Shown here piece by piece: positions 46,610-56,412 of a DNA stretch of 64,000 nt. The notes beneath the pieces are model-generated. The model made no database searches. It saw only the letters and a list, made by a program, of their open reading frames with translations, and was not told where the DNA came from. The translations under genes and the position numbers were made by a program. The stretch comes from Candidatus Gastranaerophilales bacterium (GTDB taxonomy: Bacteria; Cyanobacteriota; Vampirovibrionia; Gastranaerophilales; Gastranaerophilaceae): assembly GCA_944322725.1 (NCBI GenBank), contig CALUPU010000007.1, forward strand, positions 8,601 to 72,600, in the 5' to 3' direction. Position 1 is the first letter of the stretch, and every line of letters starts with the position of its first letter.

Positions 46610-46643
46610 GAAAAATTACGGGGAGTATTGTTCATGCTCCCCG
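46610..46643 (-). terminator. attenuating terminator between acpP and fabF
   Basis: On the minus strand, CGGGGAG, an 11-nt loop, CTCCCCG, then TAATTTTTC. A second stem-loop (AAAGGGAT/ATCCCTTT) follows at 46578-46609. Confidence 0.55.
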
Positions 46644-46666
46644 CAATTTAAATCTATTGCATTAAA

Positions 46667-46900
46667 CTATGAATGAGATTCAATGTAGTTTACTGCGTCT
46701 TGAACAGTAGCAATTTTTTCAGCTTCTTCATCAGGAATTTCGCAACCGAATTCTTCTTCAAAAGCCATAACCAATTCAACTGTATCCAAAGAATCAGCAC
46801 CTAAATCAGCTGTAAAGCTTGCTTCAGGAGTAACTAAATTTTCGTCAACGCTCAATTGTTCAACTACTACTTTTTTAACTCTCTCAAGAACTGTACTCAT
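46667..46900 (-). CDS. acpP: acyl carrier protein
   Basis: 77 aa with the [19 protein letters not shown] phosphopantetheine-Ser motif. Confidence 0.96.
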   Translation of the reverse strand: MSTVLERVKKVVVEQLSVDENLVTPEASFTADLGADSLDTVELVMAFEEEFGCEIPDEEAEKIATVQDAVNYIESHS

Positions 46901-46947
46901 GTTTTTTCATCCTCTTTTTAATTAACTACGTATGTTTTCCAAACATT

Positions 46948-46975
46948 ATTATACTATTTCAATATAAATATGCAA
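46948..46975 (-). promoter_or_regulatory. candidate sigma-70 promoter for acpP
   Basis: Minus strand has TTGCAT, 16 nt of spacer, then TATAAT. It lies about 45 nt upstream of the acpP ATG and downstream of the fabG terminator. Confidence 0.5.
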
Positions 46976-47040
46976 TTTTGTAAAGCGTTAGTACAGAGTT
47001 TTAAAGATTATTTACAAATAATTTTGAACATAATTAACAT

Positions 47041-47080
47041 TAAAAACAAAAGGCTTTCCGGATAAACAGAAAGCCTTTTG
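47041..47080 (-). terminator. rho-independent terminator after fabG
   Basis: On the minus strand, AAAGGCTTTC, a 9-nt loop, GGAAAGCCTTT, then TGTTTTTA. Confidence 0.65.
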
Positions 47081-47100
47081 TCTAAGATAATCTGTGTTAA

Positions 47101-47832
47101 TTATATCATCAAACCACCGGCAACTTCGATAGCCTGACCTGTAACATAGTCAGTATCAAGTGCCAGGAATTTAACAACTTTAGCAATATCTTCAGGTGTA
47201 CCGAGTCTTCTCATAGGAATAGCTTTTAAGTATTCATCAATATTAGCCAATTCTGCAGTCATTGCTGTTTGAATAAATCCCGGACATACAGCATTTACTC
47301 TGATATTTCTTGAGCCAAATTCTTTAGCTAATGTTTGTGTTAAACCGATAAGACCTGCTTTTGATGCTGAATAGTTAGCCTGACCCGCATTACCATGGCG
47401 TCCTACAATACTTGACATGTTGATGATAGAACCTTGGCGCGCTTTCATCATGTATTTGACAACAGCATGGGTTACACAATAAGCACTGGTTAAGTTGATT
47501 TTAATAACTCTTTCCCATTGTTCCATATCCATTCTTATAAATAAACCGTCTTTTGTGATACCTGCATTGTTTAAAAGAATGTCAATTTTGCCATGTTCAG
47601 CTATCATTTTGTCAACAGCAGTCTGAACTTGTTCGTCATTTGAAACATCAAATTGATAGAAATATGCATTAACGCCCAAAGCTTTGATTTCATCAATAGC
47701 AGGTTGAGCTTTTTCTGCATCGCAAATATCATTGATAATGATGTCGCATCCGGCTTTAGCAAGTTCCAATGCACAAGCTAAACCGATACCTCTTGAACCG
47801 CCGGTAATTAAAGCAATTTTTTTGTCTGTCAT
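47101..47832 (-). CDS. fabG: 3-oxoacyl-ACP reductase
   Basis: TGGSRGIGLA, NNAGIT, catalytic YSASKAG, and PGFIQT. 243 aa. Confidence 0.93.
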   Translation of the reverse strand: MTDKKIALITGGSRGIGLACALELAKAGCDIIINDICDAEKAQPAIDEIKALGVNAYFYQFDVSNDEQVQTAVDKMIAEHGKIDILLNNAGITKDGLFIRMDMEQWERVIKINLTSAYCVTHAVVKYMMKARQGSIINMSSIVGRHGNAGQANYSASKAGLIGLTQTLAKEFGSRNIRVNAVCPGFIQTAMTAELANIDEYLKAIPMRRLGTPEDIAKVVKFLALDTDYVTGQAIEVAGGLMI

Positions 47833-47868
47833 AATTATTTCTCCTTATCTCTCAATTTTACATATTTA

Positions 47869-48804
47869 TTATTTTTGATTTAACAATTCTGCAGCAGCAT
47901 TTAACGATTCTTCGTCAAAAACATTAAGTACATTGATTGCAGGGTTAATTTTCTTAACAAGTCCTGCAAGAACCTTACCCGGGCCTATTTCAACGATTGT
48001 ATCAACTCCGTCTGCTGCCATTTTTTCGATTGTTTGTGTCCACATAACAGAAGAATAAATCTGCGCGGTCATTTTTGCCTTAAATCTGATGGCAGAAGTC
48101 GTAGGCTCAGCATCAACGTTAGTGAAAACAGGGATTTTTGCGTCTTTTATCTCGCAATCGTCAAGTATTTCTGAAAACTTAACGCTTGCTTCCTGCATTA
48201 GCATAGAGTGAAAACCGCCCGAAACAGGAAGCGGAATAACTCTTTTTGCTCCGGCTTCTTTGAGCGCTTCGTTTGCCTTTGCAACCGCTTCAGCCTCACC
48301 TGTGATAACGATTTGTGCGGGTGAATTGTAGTTTGCAACTGAAACAATTCCGTTGATTTTCTCAATTGTGTCAAGAATGTCTTCTTTGCTCATGCCGATG
48401 ACTGCTGTCATTGCGCCTTTTGTGGTTTCAGCAGCTGCGTTCATTTCGCGTGCACGTTTGTCGATTAATTTCATTGCTGTTGCAAAATCAACTACTCCGG
48501 CAGTATAATATGCGCCGTATTCGCCCAGAGAATGCCCTGCAACGCACGCAGGTTCAACATTTGTTTTTTCTTTCAGTGCTTCCAGTGCCGCAATCGATGT
48601 AACAAGGATAGCCGGCTGGGTGTTGATGGTTTGTTTTAAATCTTCTTCAGGTCCTTCAAAGCATAGTTTTGAAACGCTTCTGCCAAGAACTTCATCGGCT
48701 TTATCAAAAATTTCTTTAGCTTTTGCAGAAGTTTCGTATAAAGATTTGCCCATGCCAACGGACTGTGAGCCCTGACCGGGGAATACGAACGCAATTTTTC
48801 CCAT
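47869..48804 (-). CDS. fabD: malonyl-CoA:ACP transacylase
   Basis: FVFPGQGSQ, active-site GHSLGEY, and VSGGFHS. Confidence 0.94.
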   Translation of the reverse strand: MGKIAFVFPGQGSQSVGMGKSLYETSAKAKEIFDKADEVLGRSVSKLCFEGPEEDLKQTINTQPAILVTSIAALEALKEKTNVEPACVAGHSLGEYGAYYTAGVVDFATAMKLIDKRAREMNAAAETTKGAMTAVIGMSKEDILDTIEKINGIVSVANYNSPAQIVITGEAEAVAKANEALKEAGAKRVIPLPVSGGFHSMLMQEASVKFSEILDDCEIKDAKIPVFTNVDAEPTTSAIRFKAKMTAQIYSSVMWTQTIEKMAADGVDTIVEIGPGKVLAGLVKKINPAINVLNVFDEESLNAAAELLNQK

Positions 48805-48830
48805 ATTAATTTCTCCTTAATAAAGTATAA

Positions 48831-49838
48831 TTAAGCAATACCTTCTCTGAGTCTTACAATAACGGTTCCCCAGGTCAAACCTGCACCAAATCCGCTCAGG
48901 ATAGCTTTACAAGGAAGTTTGATTTTTCCTTCTTCAATTCCCTCTGCCATTGCAAGCGGAATGGATGCAGCAGAAGTGTTGCCGTATTTTTGAAGGTTTA
49001 CAATAATTTTGTCATCGCTGTAATTCAATCTTGAAGCCATTGCCTCGATAATTCTGTAATTTGCCTGATGCGGAATAAGATAATCAACATCATCAGGCGT
49101 CAAACCTGCTTTGTCAAGGCAATTGCTGATGGATTCCGGCATTGTTGTAACCACAAATTTGTATACCTCTCTGCCGTTCATAACGATTTTTTGCTTTTTT
49201 TGCTCACATGGTTCAACCAGCGGGCAGTTTTCGCCGTTCATCGGCATTACAATGAAATTGCCGTCTTTGCCGTTTGAATGCATATCCATTGCAATGATAT
49301 CATCAACGCCGTCAATCGATTCTTTCAAAACAAATGCACCTGCGCCGTCACCAAACAGAACGCAGCTTGTTCTGTCGTACCAGTCAATAAATTTTGAGTT
49401 TGCATCTGTTGCAACAAGCAGAACATTTTTATAAATACCTGAAGAAATAAAGGATTTAGCAATATTCATCGCATAAATCATGCCCGTGCATGCCGCCGTG
49501 ATGTCAAAAGCCGCTGCTTTATCAGCCCCGATTGCCGCCTGAATTTCACATGCCGTAGATGGATACGGATGAGCCGGAACAGAAGCTGCTGCGATGATTA
49601 AATCGATATCTTCTGCATTCATTTTTGCTTTTTCAAGCGCATTTTTAGCAGCTTTTATGCCGAGTGTAACCGCATTTTCTTCACCGGAAACCACGCGTCT
49701 TTCTTTGATGCCTGTTCTTGTTGTAATCCATTCGTCGCTTGTGTCAACGAGTTTTGTCAAATCATCGTTTGTTATTACCGTATCGGGTACACCGTAGCCT
49801 ACGCCTGCAATCATTACAGGAATTAAATTTAATGACAT
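48831..49838 (-). CDS. fabH: 3-oxoacyl-ACP synthase III
   Basis: DEWITTRTGI, active Cys in AACTGMIYA, HQANYRIIE, GNTSAASIP, and GFGAGLTWG. Confidence 0.94.
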   Translation of the reverse strand: MSLNLIPVMIAGVGYGVPDTVITNDDLTKLVDTSDEWITTRTGIKERRVVSGEENAVTLGIKAAKNALEKAKMNAEDIDLIIAAASVPAHPYPSTACEIQAAIGADKAAAFDITAACTGMIYAMNIAKSFISSGIYKNVLLVATDANSKFIDWYDRTSCVLFGDGAGAFVLKESIDGVDDIIAMDMHSNGKDGNFIVMPMNGENCPLVEPCEQKKQKIVMNGREVYKFVVTTMPESISNCLDKAGLTPDDVDYLIPHQANYRIIEAMASRLNYSDDKIIVNLQKYGNTSAASIPLAMAEGIEEGKIKLPCKAILSGFGAGLTWGTVIVRLREGIA

Positions 49839-49843
49839 AGATT

Positions 49844-50896
49844 CTATCCTTCGTAAAACTCTGTTATTTTCTTGTTAACTTCTGATTCCACAGCTTCTTT
49901 TGCCACTCTTACGGCATTTTTAATAGCATAAGCCATACTTCTGCCGTGAGAAATAACAGTAATGCCTTTAACCCCTAAAAGTAAAGCACCGCCGAATTCT
50001 TCATAGTTAATTCTTTTAAAAATTCTTTTCATTGCAGATTTTGCAAGAAGACCGATTACCATTGAAATCGGATCTCTTTTAAATTCCTGCATAATCATCT
50101 TAAACAGCATTGATGAAGCACCTTCAATACTTTTTAATGCAACATTTCCTACAAATCCGTCACAAACAACGACATCACAGTCGCCTAAAAAGATTTCTTT
50201 ACCTTCAACGTTTCCAACGAAATTTAATCCGTCTTTGTTTTCTTCGAGCAGCTTATATGCAGCAAGGGCTAGTTCATTACCTTTGCCTGCTTCTTCACCT
50301 ATGTTTAGGACACCGATTCTGGGATTTGAATTACCTAACACATTCTTAGAAAAAGCCGAACCCATAATTGCAAACTGATATAGCATATCTGCCGAGCAAT
50401 TACTGTTAGCACCTGCATCTATTAAAACAACAGGCTTTTTCATAGTGGGCAGAGTTGTAGCAATTGCCGGTCTCTCAATGCCCGGTAATCTTCCTAATCC
50501 AAAAAGGCTGGAAGCCATAGCTGCACCTGTAGAACCGGCTGCAACTACCGCCTGAGAACTTCCTGTTGCAACGGCTTTAACCGCAAGCACGATAGAAGAA
50601 TCTTTTTTCTTTCTGATTGCTGCACCGGGGGCTTCACCCATTTCAATAACTTCAGAGGCAGGAGTAATTTTTATATCAAGTTTGTCAATATTAACTCTGA
50701 TTCTGCCTTTGGGAGAATTGATATTATTTGTTCTGATGCCGTTACGTCTTACATCATCAATGACTTTTTGTATTTCGTCTTCTTTTCCGACAAGTTCAAT
50801 CGCAACATTGTATTCATCGGCAGCCCACAGTGCACCTTTTACAATCTCATGCGGTGCGTGGTCTCCACCCATTGCATCTATCGCTATTCTTGTCAT
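49844..50896 (-). CDS. plsX: phosphate acyltransferase
   Basis: RIAIDAMGGDHAP.., IDAGAN, VCDGFVGNV, and GGALLLG. Conserved position between rpmF and fabH. Confidence 0.93.
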   Translation of the reverse strand: MTRIAIDAMGGDHAPHEIVKGALWAADEYNVAIELVGKEDEIQKVIDDVRRNGIRTNNINSPKGRIRVNIDKLDIKITPASEVIEMGEAPGAAIRKKKDSSIVLAVKAVATGSSQAVVAAGSTGAAMASSLFGLGRLPGIERPAIATTLPTMKKPVVLIDAGANSNCSADMLYQFAIMGSAFSKNVLGNSNPRIGVLNIGEEAGKGNELALAAYKLLEENKDGLNFVGNVEGKEIFLGDCDVVVCDGFVGNVALKSIEGASSMLFKMIMQEFKRDPISMVIGLLAKSAMKRIFKRINYEEFGGALLLGVKGITVISHGRSMAYAIKNAVRVAKEAVESEVNKKITEFYEG

Positions 50897-50989
50897 AAAA
50901 AACTCTTCTCCCTTAAACTTCCATTAATTACCAAACAAATCAATATTTTTTGAATGCGCCGACTTTAATCGGCGCATTATAAAAATAAT

Positions 50990-51358
50990 TTATTCTTCAG
51001 AAGATTTTTCTTCTTCAGCAGGAGCATCAGTTGTTTCTTCAGCTTTTACTTCTTCGATTGTTTCTTTGGCTTTAGTTTCTTCAACAACCGGTGCTTCTTC
51101 TGCTTTTTTCGTTTTTTTAGCAGGAGTTTTTTTAGTTTTTGCTGCTTTTTTAGGTTCTTCTTTTATTTCTTCAACAAAACCTTCTGCTTTTCTTGAAACA
51201 ACTTTTCCTTTATATTGACCGCAAGCTGTGCATACTGTATGAGTCAAAACTAATTCACCGCAGTTCGGGCAAGTAGTAGTTTCGGGTACTGTTGCTTTCC
51301 AGTTTGATCTTCTGTGTCCTTGTGCTGATGCACCTGTTCTTTTCTTTGGTACTGCCAT
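50990..51358 (-). CDS. rpmF: 50S ribosomal protein L32 with a long Lys/Glu/Ala-rich C-terminal extension
   Basis: MAVPKKRTGASAQGHRRSNWK and a CPNCG..CTACG zinc ribbon in the first ~55 aa, then ~65 extra residues (..KKAAKTKKTPAKKTKKAEEAP..EEEKSSEE). Confidence 0.88.
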   Translation of the reverse strand: MAVPKKRTGASAQGHRRSNWKATVPETTTCPNCGELVLTHTVCTACGQYKGKVVSRKAEGFVEEIKEEPKKAAKTKKTPAKKTKKAEEAPVVEETKAKETIEEVKAEETTDAPAEEEKSSEE

Positions 51359-51374
51359 TGTTATTTTCCTTCTT

Positions 51375-51875
51375 CTAGTTATTAATCTTCAAATTTTTAA
51401 AAACTTCCAAACGCGGGTCTGAAACTTCTTTTTTTATGTATTTTTCCATTTCAGAATCTCCATTACAATTTATATCACAAACACAAGGATTTGGAATGTT
51501 TAATGTTACAGATTGATAAATTAAATCATCAACATCAACCTCATCAGTACCTGTCAATTCTGTGACAAAATCGCCGTCTTTGAGTTCGATTTCTTGTCCG
51601 GAATGCGCTTCTTCATTGGATATAAGGCTTCCGAGTTTATAAGTTTCGTCCACATCAACTTCAATATTTTTTGTAAAATCTTTCAAACATCTGTCGCAAA
51701 CAAGCTTAACATTTGCAAAGATTTTTCCTTTTGCATTTATGAATGAACCATATGCACTAAAAACCAAATCCGCAACAACAGAACCTTCTGTTGAAAGATT
51801 TTTTACTTCGTTGTCGAAATGGATTTTAAGTGATTGGTTTTTAGCGTTTTTTATGTCATCTATGGAAATATTCAT
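51375..51875 (-). CDS. yceD: YceD/DUF177 family protein (23S rRNA accumulation protein)
   Basis: Conserved position upstream of rpmF. CDRCLKDF..VDVDE.. and a C-terminal CVCDINCNG Cys cluster, typical of DUF177. Confidence 0.8.
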   Translation of the reverse strand: MNISIDDIKNAKNQSLKIHFDNEVKNLSTEGSVVADLVFSAYGSFINAKGKIFANVKLVCDRCLKDFTKNIEVDVDETYKLGSLISNEEAHSGQEIELKDGDFVTELTGTDEVDVDDLIYQSVTLNIPNPCVCDINCNGDSEMEKYIKKEVSDPRLEVFKNLKINN

Positions 51876-52014
51876 GGTTTTTTTATTGTATTTGAGACAA
51901 AAAGCGTTGTCAAAAAATTTTTAAAAGTATTAATAATTTTATGAATAATGACATACATATTTGTTTAAGATATTATTTTGTTAAGCTAAACGGAATTTAA
52001 AAGGATAGATTTTG

Positions 52015-53799
52015 ATGAAATTAAAAGACACACTCGCGCAAAATTCATTTGATTATGCATATCTTACAAAAAGAATGTATAAATATCTAAAACCCTATAT
52101 GTTCAGAATCATACTCGGCTTTTTGATTGCGCTTCCTGTCGGAGCACTCGATGGTGTAATTGCTTATGCACTAAAGCCGTATATGGATGAAGTACTTATT
52201 AAGAAAAACATGCTTCTTGCATATATTATACCGTTTGGTATTGTAGCTTTTGCTGCTTTGCAGGGTGTTTTAAGATACATAAACGACTATTTGACAAGCT
52301 GGACAGGACAGAGAGTTACAAATGATGTAAAACTCGGACTTTTTCAAAAATTGGTTCAAATGGATTCAAAGTTTTACGATGAAAATTCTTCAGGTATAAT
52401 CCTCACAAGATACCTCACAGACCCTGAATTTGCATCTAAAGGTATACTTGATAATTTAAAAGCATTGATGAGTTCCGGTATAGGCGCACTTGCTCTTATT
52501 GGCGTAATGCTTTACAACTCCTGGCTGCTGGCTGCTGTCGGTGTTGTTGTTTTGTGCATAGCATTTTTGCCTGCAGTAATTATAAGAAAAAGAATCAAAG
52601 CCGCCTCTAACGCAACAATGAAAATCGGCGGTAATATCATGACCGATTTTAATGAGACAACTCAGGGCAATAAGATTGTGACTGCATATAATCTTGATGA
52701 GTACCAATTTTCTAAATTTTCAAAAGAAATCAGAGACTCGTTTGACGTTAATATGTCTCTTGTAAAAAGAGTCTCCTGGATGTCTCCGATAATGTATACA
52801 ATTGCTTCTGTCGGTATTGCAATAGTAATGGCATTTGGTACATATCTTGTTCTGTCAGGACGGATGACAAGCGGAAGTCTGCTTTCTTTTGTAACTTCGC
52901 TTTTGCTTTTGTACAAGCCTGTTAAAACCTTCGGCAACACGCTTACAAATATTCAGACAATATTTGTTTCTCTTTGCAGAACGCTTGAATTGTTTGATAT
53001 AGAGCCTGAGATAACTGATAAGGAAAATGCCGTTGAATTAACGGGAATCAAAGAAGGCGTTTCTCTTGAGAATGTATGTTTTGAATATGTTGAAGATACT
53101 CCGGTCTTAAAAAATATCAATCTTAACGCACATGTAGGAGAAACTGTTGCAATTGTCGGGAATTCCGGCGGCGGTAAGTCTACAATTGCCAGTCTTATAC
53201 CAAGATTTTATGATGTTAAATCAGGAGCAATAAAAATTGATGGTATTGATATAAGAGATATAAAACTGGATTCTTTAAGACAAAATATTTCTGTGGTTTT
53301 TCAGGATAATTTTTTGTTTACCGGAACAATAAAAGAAAATCTTTTAATGGGTAATTTTAATGCAACGGATGAAGATATCGAACGTGTTGTAAAAGCTGCT
53401 CATCTGGACGAATTTCTTGCAGAAATGCCAGACGGTATTAACTCAGAAATAGGGGAAAGAGGAACAACTCTCTCGGGCGGTCAAAGACAGCGTGTAGCTA
53501 TTGCAAGAGCAATGCTAAAGGACTCGCCTATTATTATTCTTGATGAAGCAACATCAGCTCTGGATAACAAATCTGAGGCAATAGTTCAAAAAGCTCTTGA
53601 TAACCTTATGCAGAACAAAACTGTTTTTGTTATTGCACACAGGCTTTCAACAATTAAAAATTCCGATAAGATTGCTGTTATCAATGAAGGTGAACTTGTT
53701 GAACTGGGTACGCATGATGAACTTTTGGCAAGAGATAACGGTTTTTATAAACGTCTGTATGAAATGCAGTTCGCAAAATCAAATGTTGCTGCTAACTAA
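52015..53799 (+). CDS. ABC exporter, fused permease-ATPase (MsbA-like lipid/LPS flippase family)
   Basis: Six N-terminal TM helices. Walker A GNSGGGKST, signature LSGGQRQRVAIARA, Walker B IILDEATSALD. Confidence 0.85.
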   Translation: MKLKDTLAQNSFDYAYLTKRMYKYLKPYMFRIILGFLIALPVGALDGVIAYALKPYMDEVLIKKNMLLAYIIPFGIVAFAALQGVLRYINDYLTSWTGQRVTNDVKLGLFQKLVQMDSKFYDENSSGIILTRYLTDPEFASKGILDNLKALMSSGIGALALIGVMLYNSWLLAAVGVVVLCIAFLPAVIIRKRIKAASNATMKIGGNIMTDFNETTQGNKIVTAYNLDEYQFSKFSKEIRDSFDVNMSLVKRVSWMSPIMYTIASVGIAIVMAFGTYLVLSGRMTSGSLLSFVTSLLLLYKPVKTFGNTLTNIQTIFVSLCRTLELFDIEPEITDKENAVELTGIKEGVSLENVCFEYVEDTPVLKNINLNAHVGETVAIVGNSGGGKSTIASLIPRFYDVKSGAIKIDGIDIRDIKLDSLRQNISVVFQDNFLFTGTIKENLLMGNFNATDEDIERVVKAAHLDEFLAEMPDGINSEIGERGTTLSGGQRQRVAIARAMLKDSPIIILDEATSALDNKSEAIVQKALDNLMQNKTVFVIAHRLSTIKNSDKIAVINEGELVELGTHDELLARDNGFYKRLYEMQFAKSNVAAN

Positions 53800-53898
53800 T
53801 TGTAAATATTTGTAACGATTTATATATTATTTGCATACGGAGTATATCTTTAGTTTTTATATATATAGTGTAGAAATAAAAGAATACGGTGGTATGTT

Positions 53899-55323
53899 AT
53901 GAGTAATCCATTTGCGATTAATTCAGATGATTTACTTAAACGAGGACAAGGTGTCAACGGTACACAAGAAACTCAAGGTTCTCAGAACACTAAAGAAACC
54001 AGAGAAGCGAAAGAAAAAGAACAGCTTCGCGGTACTAATGTTCTGAATGAGACGAACGGCGGCTCTATGGCGACTACTGACGGTACTTTTCTGAATTTCG
54101 ACGGATTTGTCAGATCAGGAGCAGGTATGCCGAATACACAGATTGCTAAAGAACAGGCTCAAAAACAAGAAGCTCAGGCTGTCGGAAATGCAGCAGAAAA
54201 GGGTACCAGCGATGCCAAAGCAGGTAAATCTCAAGCTGAAGATATATCGCAACAGGCTCAGCAAGACCAAAATACAATGAAATCAACAGCCACTAAAGTT
54301 AAATCACAGGAAAAAACAACAAAAAGTATTGTTGAAAAAAATAATAACGAAAAAGAAAAACTTGAAAGTAAAAACAGTTCAATCAAATCTGACATAGACA
54401 GTATAAATTCAGAAATTGAATCATTAATGGCAGAAGATGGACAAGATTATACACCTGATGAACTTCCTGAGGGCAGTGCACAGGCTGCACCACAGCCACA
54501 GGCAGCAGATGCAGGCGGCGTTGATTCAGGAGTAATGACTTCTGCCGGACAGGAAACAACAAGTGCAAGTACAGGCATCGGTTCCCAATCAACCGCAGCA
54601 GGAGGTATTGACGCAGGCGGTCAGGGGGCATTTGCAATGAATTCTTTGCCTTCCGGAAACAACGCGGCTGCTCCGACATCAGAAACAGCAGTTTCTGCAC
54701 AAGCACAGCAAGGTCAACAGTCGGGACAGACACAAGGTGCACAGAATCAAGGACAGTCTGGCGGTAAAGCCGGAGGCGGAGCAAATAGTGGAAATTCACT
54801 AAAAGCATACGCTTCAAAATTTACACAACCACAAGGTAAAAATGCGGATAAAATAGCAGATTTACAGGCAGAACTCGGAAATAAAACAAGTTCATATACA
54901 TCAAATTTCGGAAAAATTACAAGCCTGAATAAGACAAATGCCAGTAAAGTTAAATCAACAACTAGCTATATAAAATCAGCACAAAGCAGCGCAAATAATA
55001 CAAAAAGCAAAGCTGCAGATAATACAAAAAATTTACAGACTATACAAACAGTAGGAGCAGCAACAACTCTTGCAGGCGGAACATCAACATCTCTCGGAAC
55101 ACTGATGTTGTCTCAAGTCTGGACATTTGGAGCCTCTCAAACAGTCGGCGGATGGCTTGTCGGAACAGGTGTTGCAGCAACAACAGCAGGCGGATCGGCA
55201 TCTATAGCAGCCAGTGCATCACAGGGTGATGTAAATGGAGCAATGAGTAATGCAAACTCAACATTGAATCAAGCAACAAACTCTTTAGTATCAATGAAAA
55301 ACCTTGGTGTTATGGGGAAATAA
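53899..55323 (+). CDS. hypothetical low-complexity (Q/S/T/G/A-rich) protein with a C-terminal Gly-rich hydrophobic region (474 aa)
   Basis: Long ORF with a GGTGG RBS-like element, a coiled-coil-like middle (KEKLESKNSSIKSDIDSINSEIESL), and a C-terminal GGTSTSLGTLMLSQVWTFGASQTVGGWLVGTGVAATTAGG. No recognised family. Confidence 0.55.
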   Translation: MSNPFAINSDDLLKRGQGVNGTQETQGSQNTKETREAKEKEQLRGTNVLNETNGGSMATTDGTFLNFDGFVRSGAGMPNTQIAKEQAQKQEAQAVGNAAEKGTSDAKAGKSQAEDISQQAQQDQNTMKSTATKVKSQEKTTKSIVEKNNNEKEKLESKNSSIKSDIDSINSEIESLMAEDGQDYTPDELPEGSAQAAPQPQAADAGGVDSGVMTSAGQETTSASTGIGSQSTAAGGIDAGGQGAFAMNSLPSGNNAAAPTSETAVSAQAQQGQQSGQTQGAQNQGQSGGKAGGGANSGNSLKAYASKFTQPQGKNADKIADLQAELGNKTSSYTSNFGKITSLNKTNASKVKSTTSYIKSAQSSANNTKSKAADNTKNLQTIQTVGAATTLAGGTSTSLGTLMLSQVWTFGASQTVGGWLVGTGVAATTAGGSASIAASASQGDVNGAMSNANSTLNQATNSLVSMKNLGVMGK

Positions 55324-55338
55324 ACCCGATAAAAAATC

Positions 55339-55379
55339 AAAACTAAAAAAGCATCTTTATAAGATGCTTTTTTAGTTTT
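55339..55379. terminator. bidirectional terminator (19-bp perfect palindrome)
   Basis: AAAACTAAAAAAGCATCTT-tat-AAGATGCTTTTTTAGTTTT. It overlaps the last codons of the convergent ROK gene. Confidence 0.75.
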
Positions 55380-56364
55380 GAATAACTGTATCTTTATACA
55401 GCATTTTTTCTAGGGCCTCTTCAAGAAAGCACGCCCCTACAACACCGGAAAAATCACCCAATTTTGCTTTTCTAAATTGAATTTTTGAAGCAGGTACCGG
55501 CAGTGCTTTTGCTTTTGCCTTGGTAATGGTTCTTTCATAGAAAGCATCTATTGCATCAATCAAGCCTCCTCCCATAACAATGAGTTCAGGATTATAGAAA
55601 TTAATTATTGTGGCAAGACCGTTAGACAGATAATCAGATGCTTCAAACAGAACCTGTGTTATGAGTTCATCCTGATGCTCCAGTGCTTTTCGTATCATCT
55701 TGGAACTTATTGCCCTGTCATCGCGCATAAATTCTGTAATGATGGATGGTCTGCCTTTTTTCAATGCCCCCAGTATTCTTGCTTCGATTGCAGTACGGGA
55801 TGCATAAGCCTCGAGACATCCGTTTGCACCGCAGCCGCAGGGTCTGCCTCCTGCGTCTACAATGATATGTCCGATTTCTCCTGCCGTACCTGTTGCACCG
55901 CGGCGGACTCTACCATCCTGCGCAATACCCGAGCCTATGCCGGTACCGACAAATATACACACAAAATCATTAAACCCTTTGCCCGCGCCGAATTTCATTT
56001 CTCCGAGAGTGGCAATTTCGACATCGTTGCCTATAAAAGTCGGAATAAAAAATTCACGTTCCATAATTGCTTTTAAATTCAGATTTTCACAATTAAGATT
56101 CGGGGCAGAAACAAGTATTCCTTTCGCCCTGTCGACCTGTCCGGGAGCGCCTATGCCTATTGAATCTATCTGCGCAATATCAAAATGAGAGGTTTCTATA
56201 AGTTCTTTAATAGACAGTTTAAGCTTTTCAACTATTGTTTCAGCGTCTTTTTCTTTGCCTGTTTTTTGTTTGATTGAATAAAGAACTTCGCCTGTTGCTT
56301 TATTTACAATACCTGACAGGATTTTTGTTCCGCCTAAGTCAATTCCGATTGCATAATTTGGCAT
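55372..56364 (-). CDS. ROK family sugar kinase (glucokinase-like)
   Basis: IGIDLGGTKI, GAPG, GNDVEIATLGE, zinc motif GHIIVD..CGCGANGCLE, and GGGL. Confidence 0.88.
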   Translation of the reverse strand: MPNYAIGIDLGGTKILSGIVNKATGEVLYSIKQKTGKEKDAETIVEKLKLSIKELIETSHFDIAQIDSIGIGAPGQVDRAKGILVSAPNLNCENLNLKAIMEREFFIPTFIGNDVEIATLGEMKFGAGKGFNDFVCIFVGTGIGSGIAQDGRVRRGATGTAGEIGHIIVDAGGRPCGCGANGCLEAYASRTAIEARILGALKKGRPSIITEFMRDDRAISSKMIRKALEHQDELITQVLFEASDYLSNGLATIINFYNPELIVMGGGLIDAIDAFYERTITKAKAKALPVPASKIQFRKAKLGDFSGVVGACFLEEALEKMLYKDTVIQN

Positions 56365-56412
56365 ATATTAAATTGGCTCCGTTAGTCTGTTCTTAATTTT
56401 GATTATAGCATA

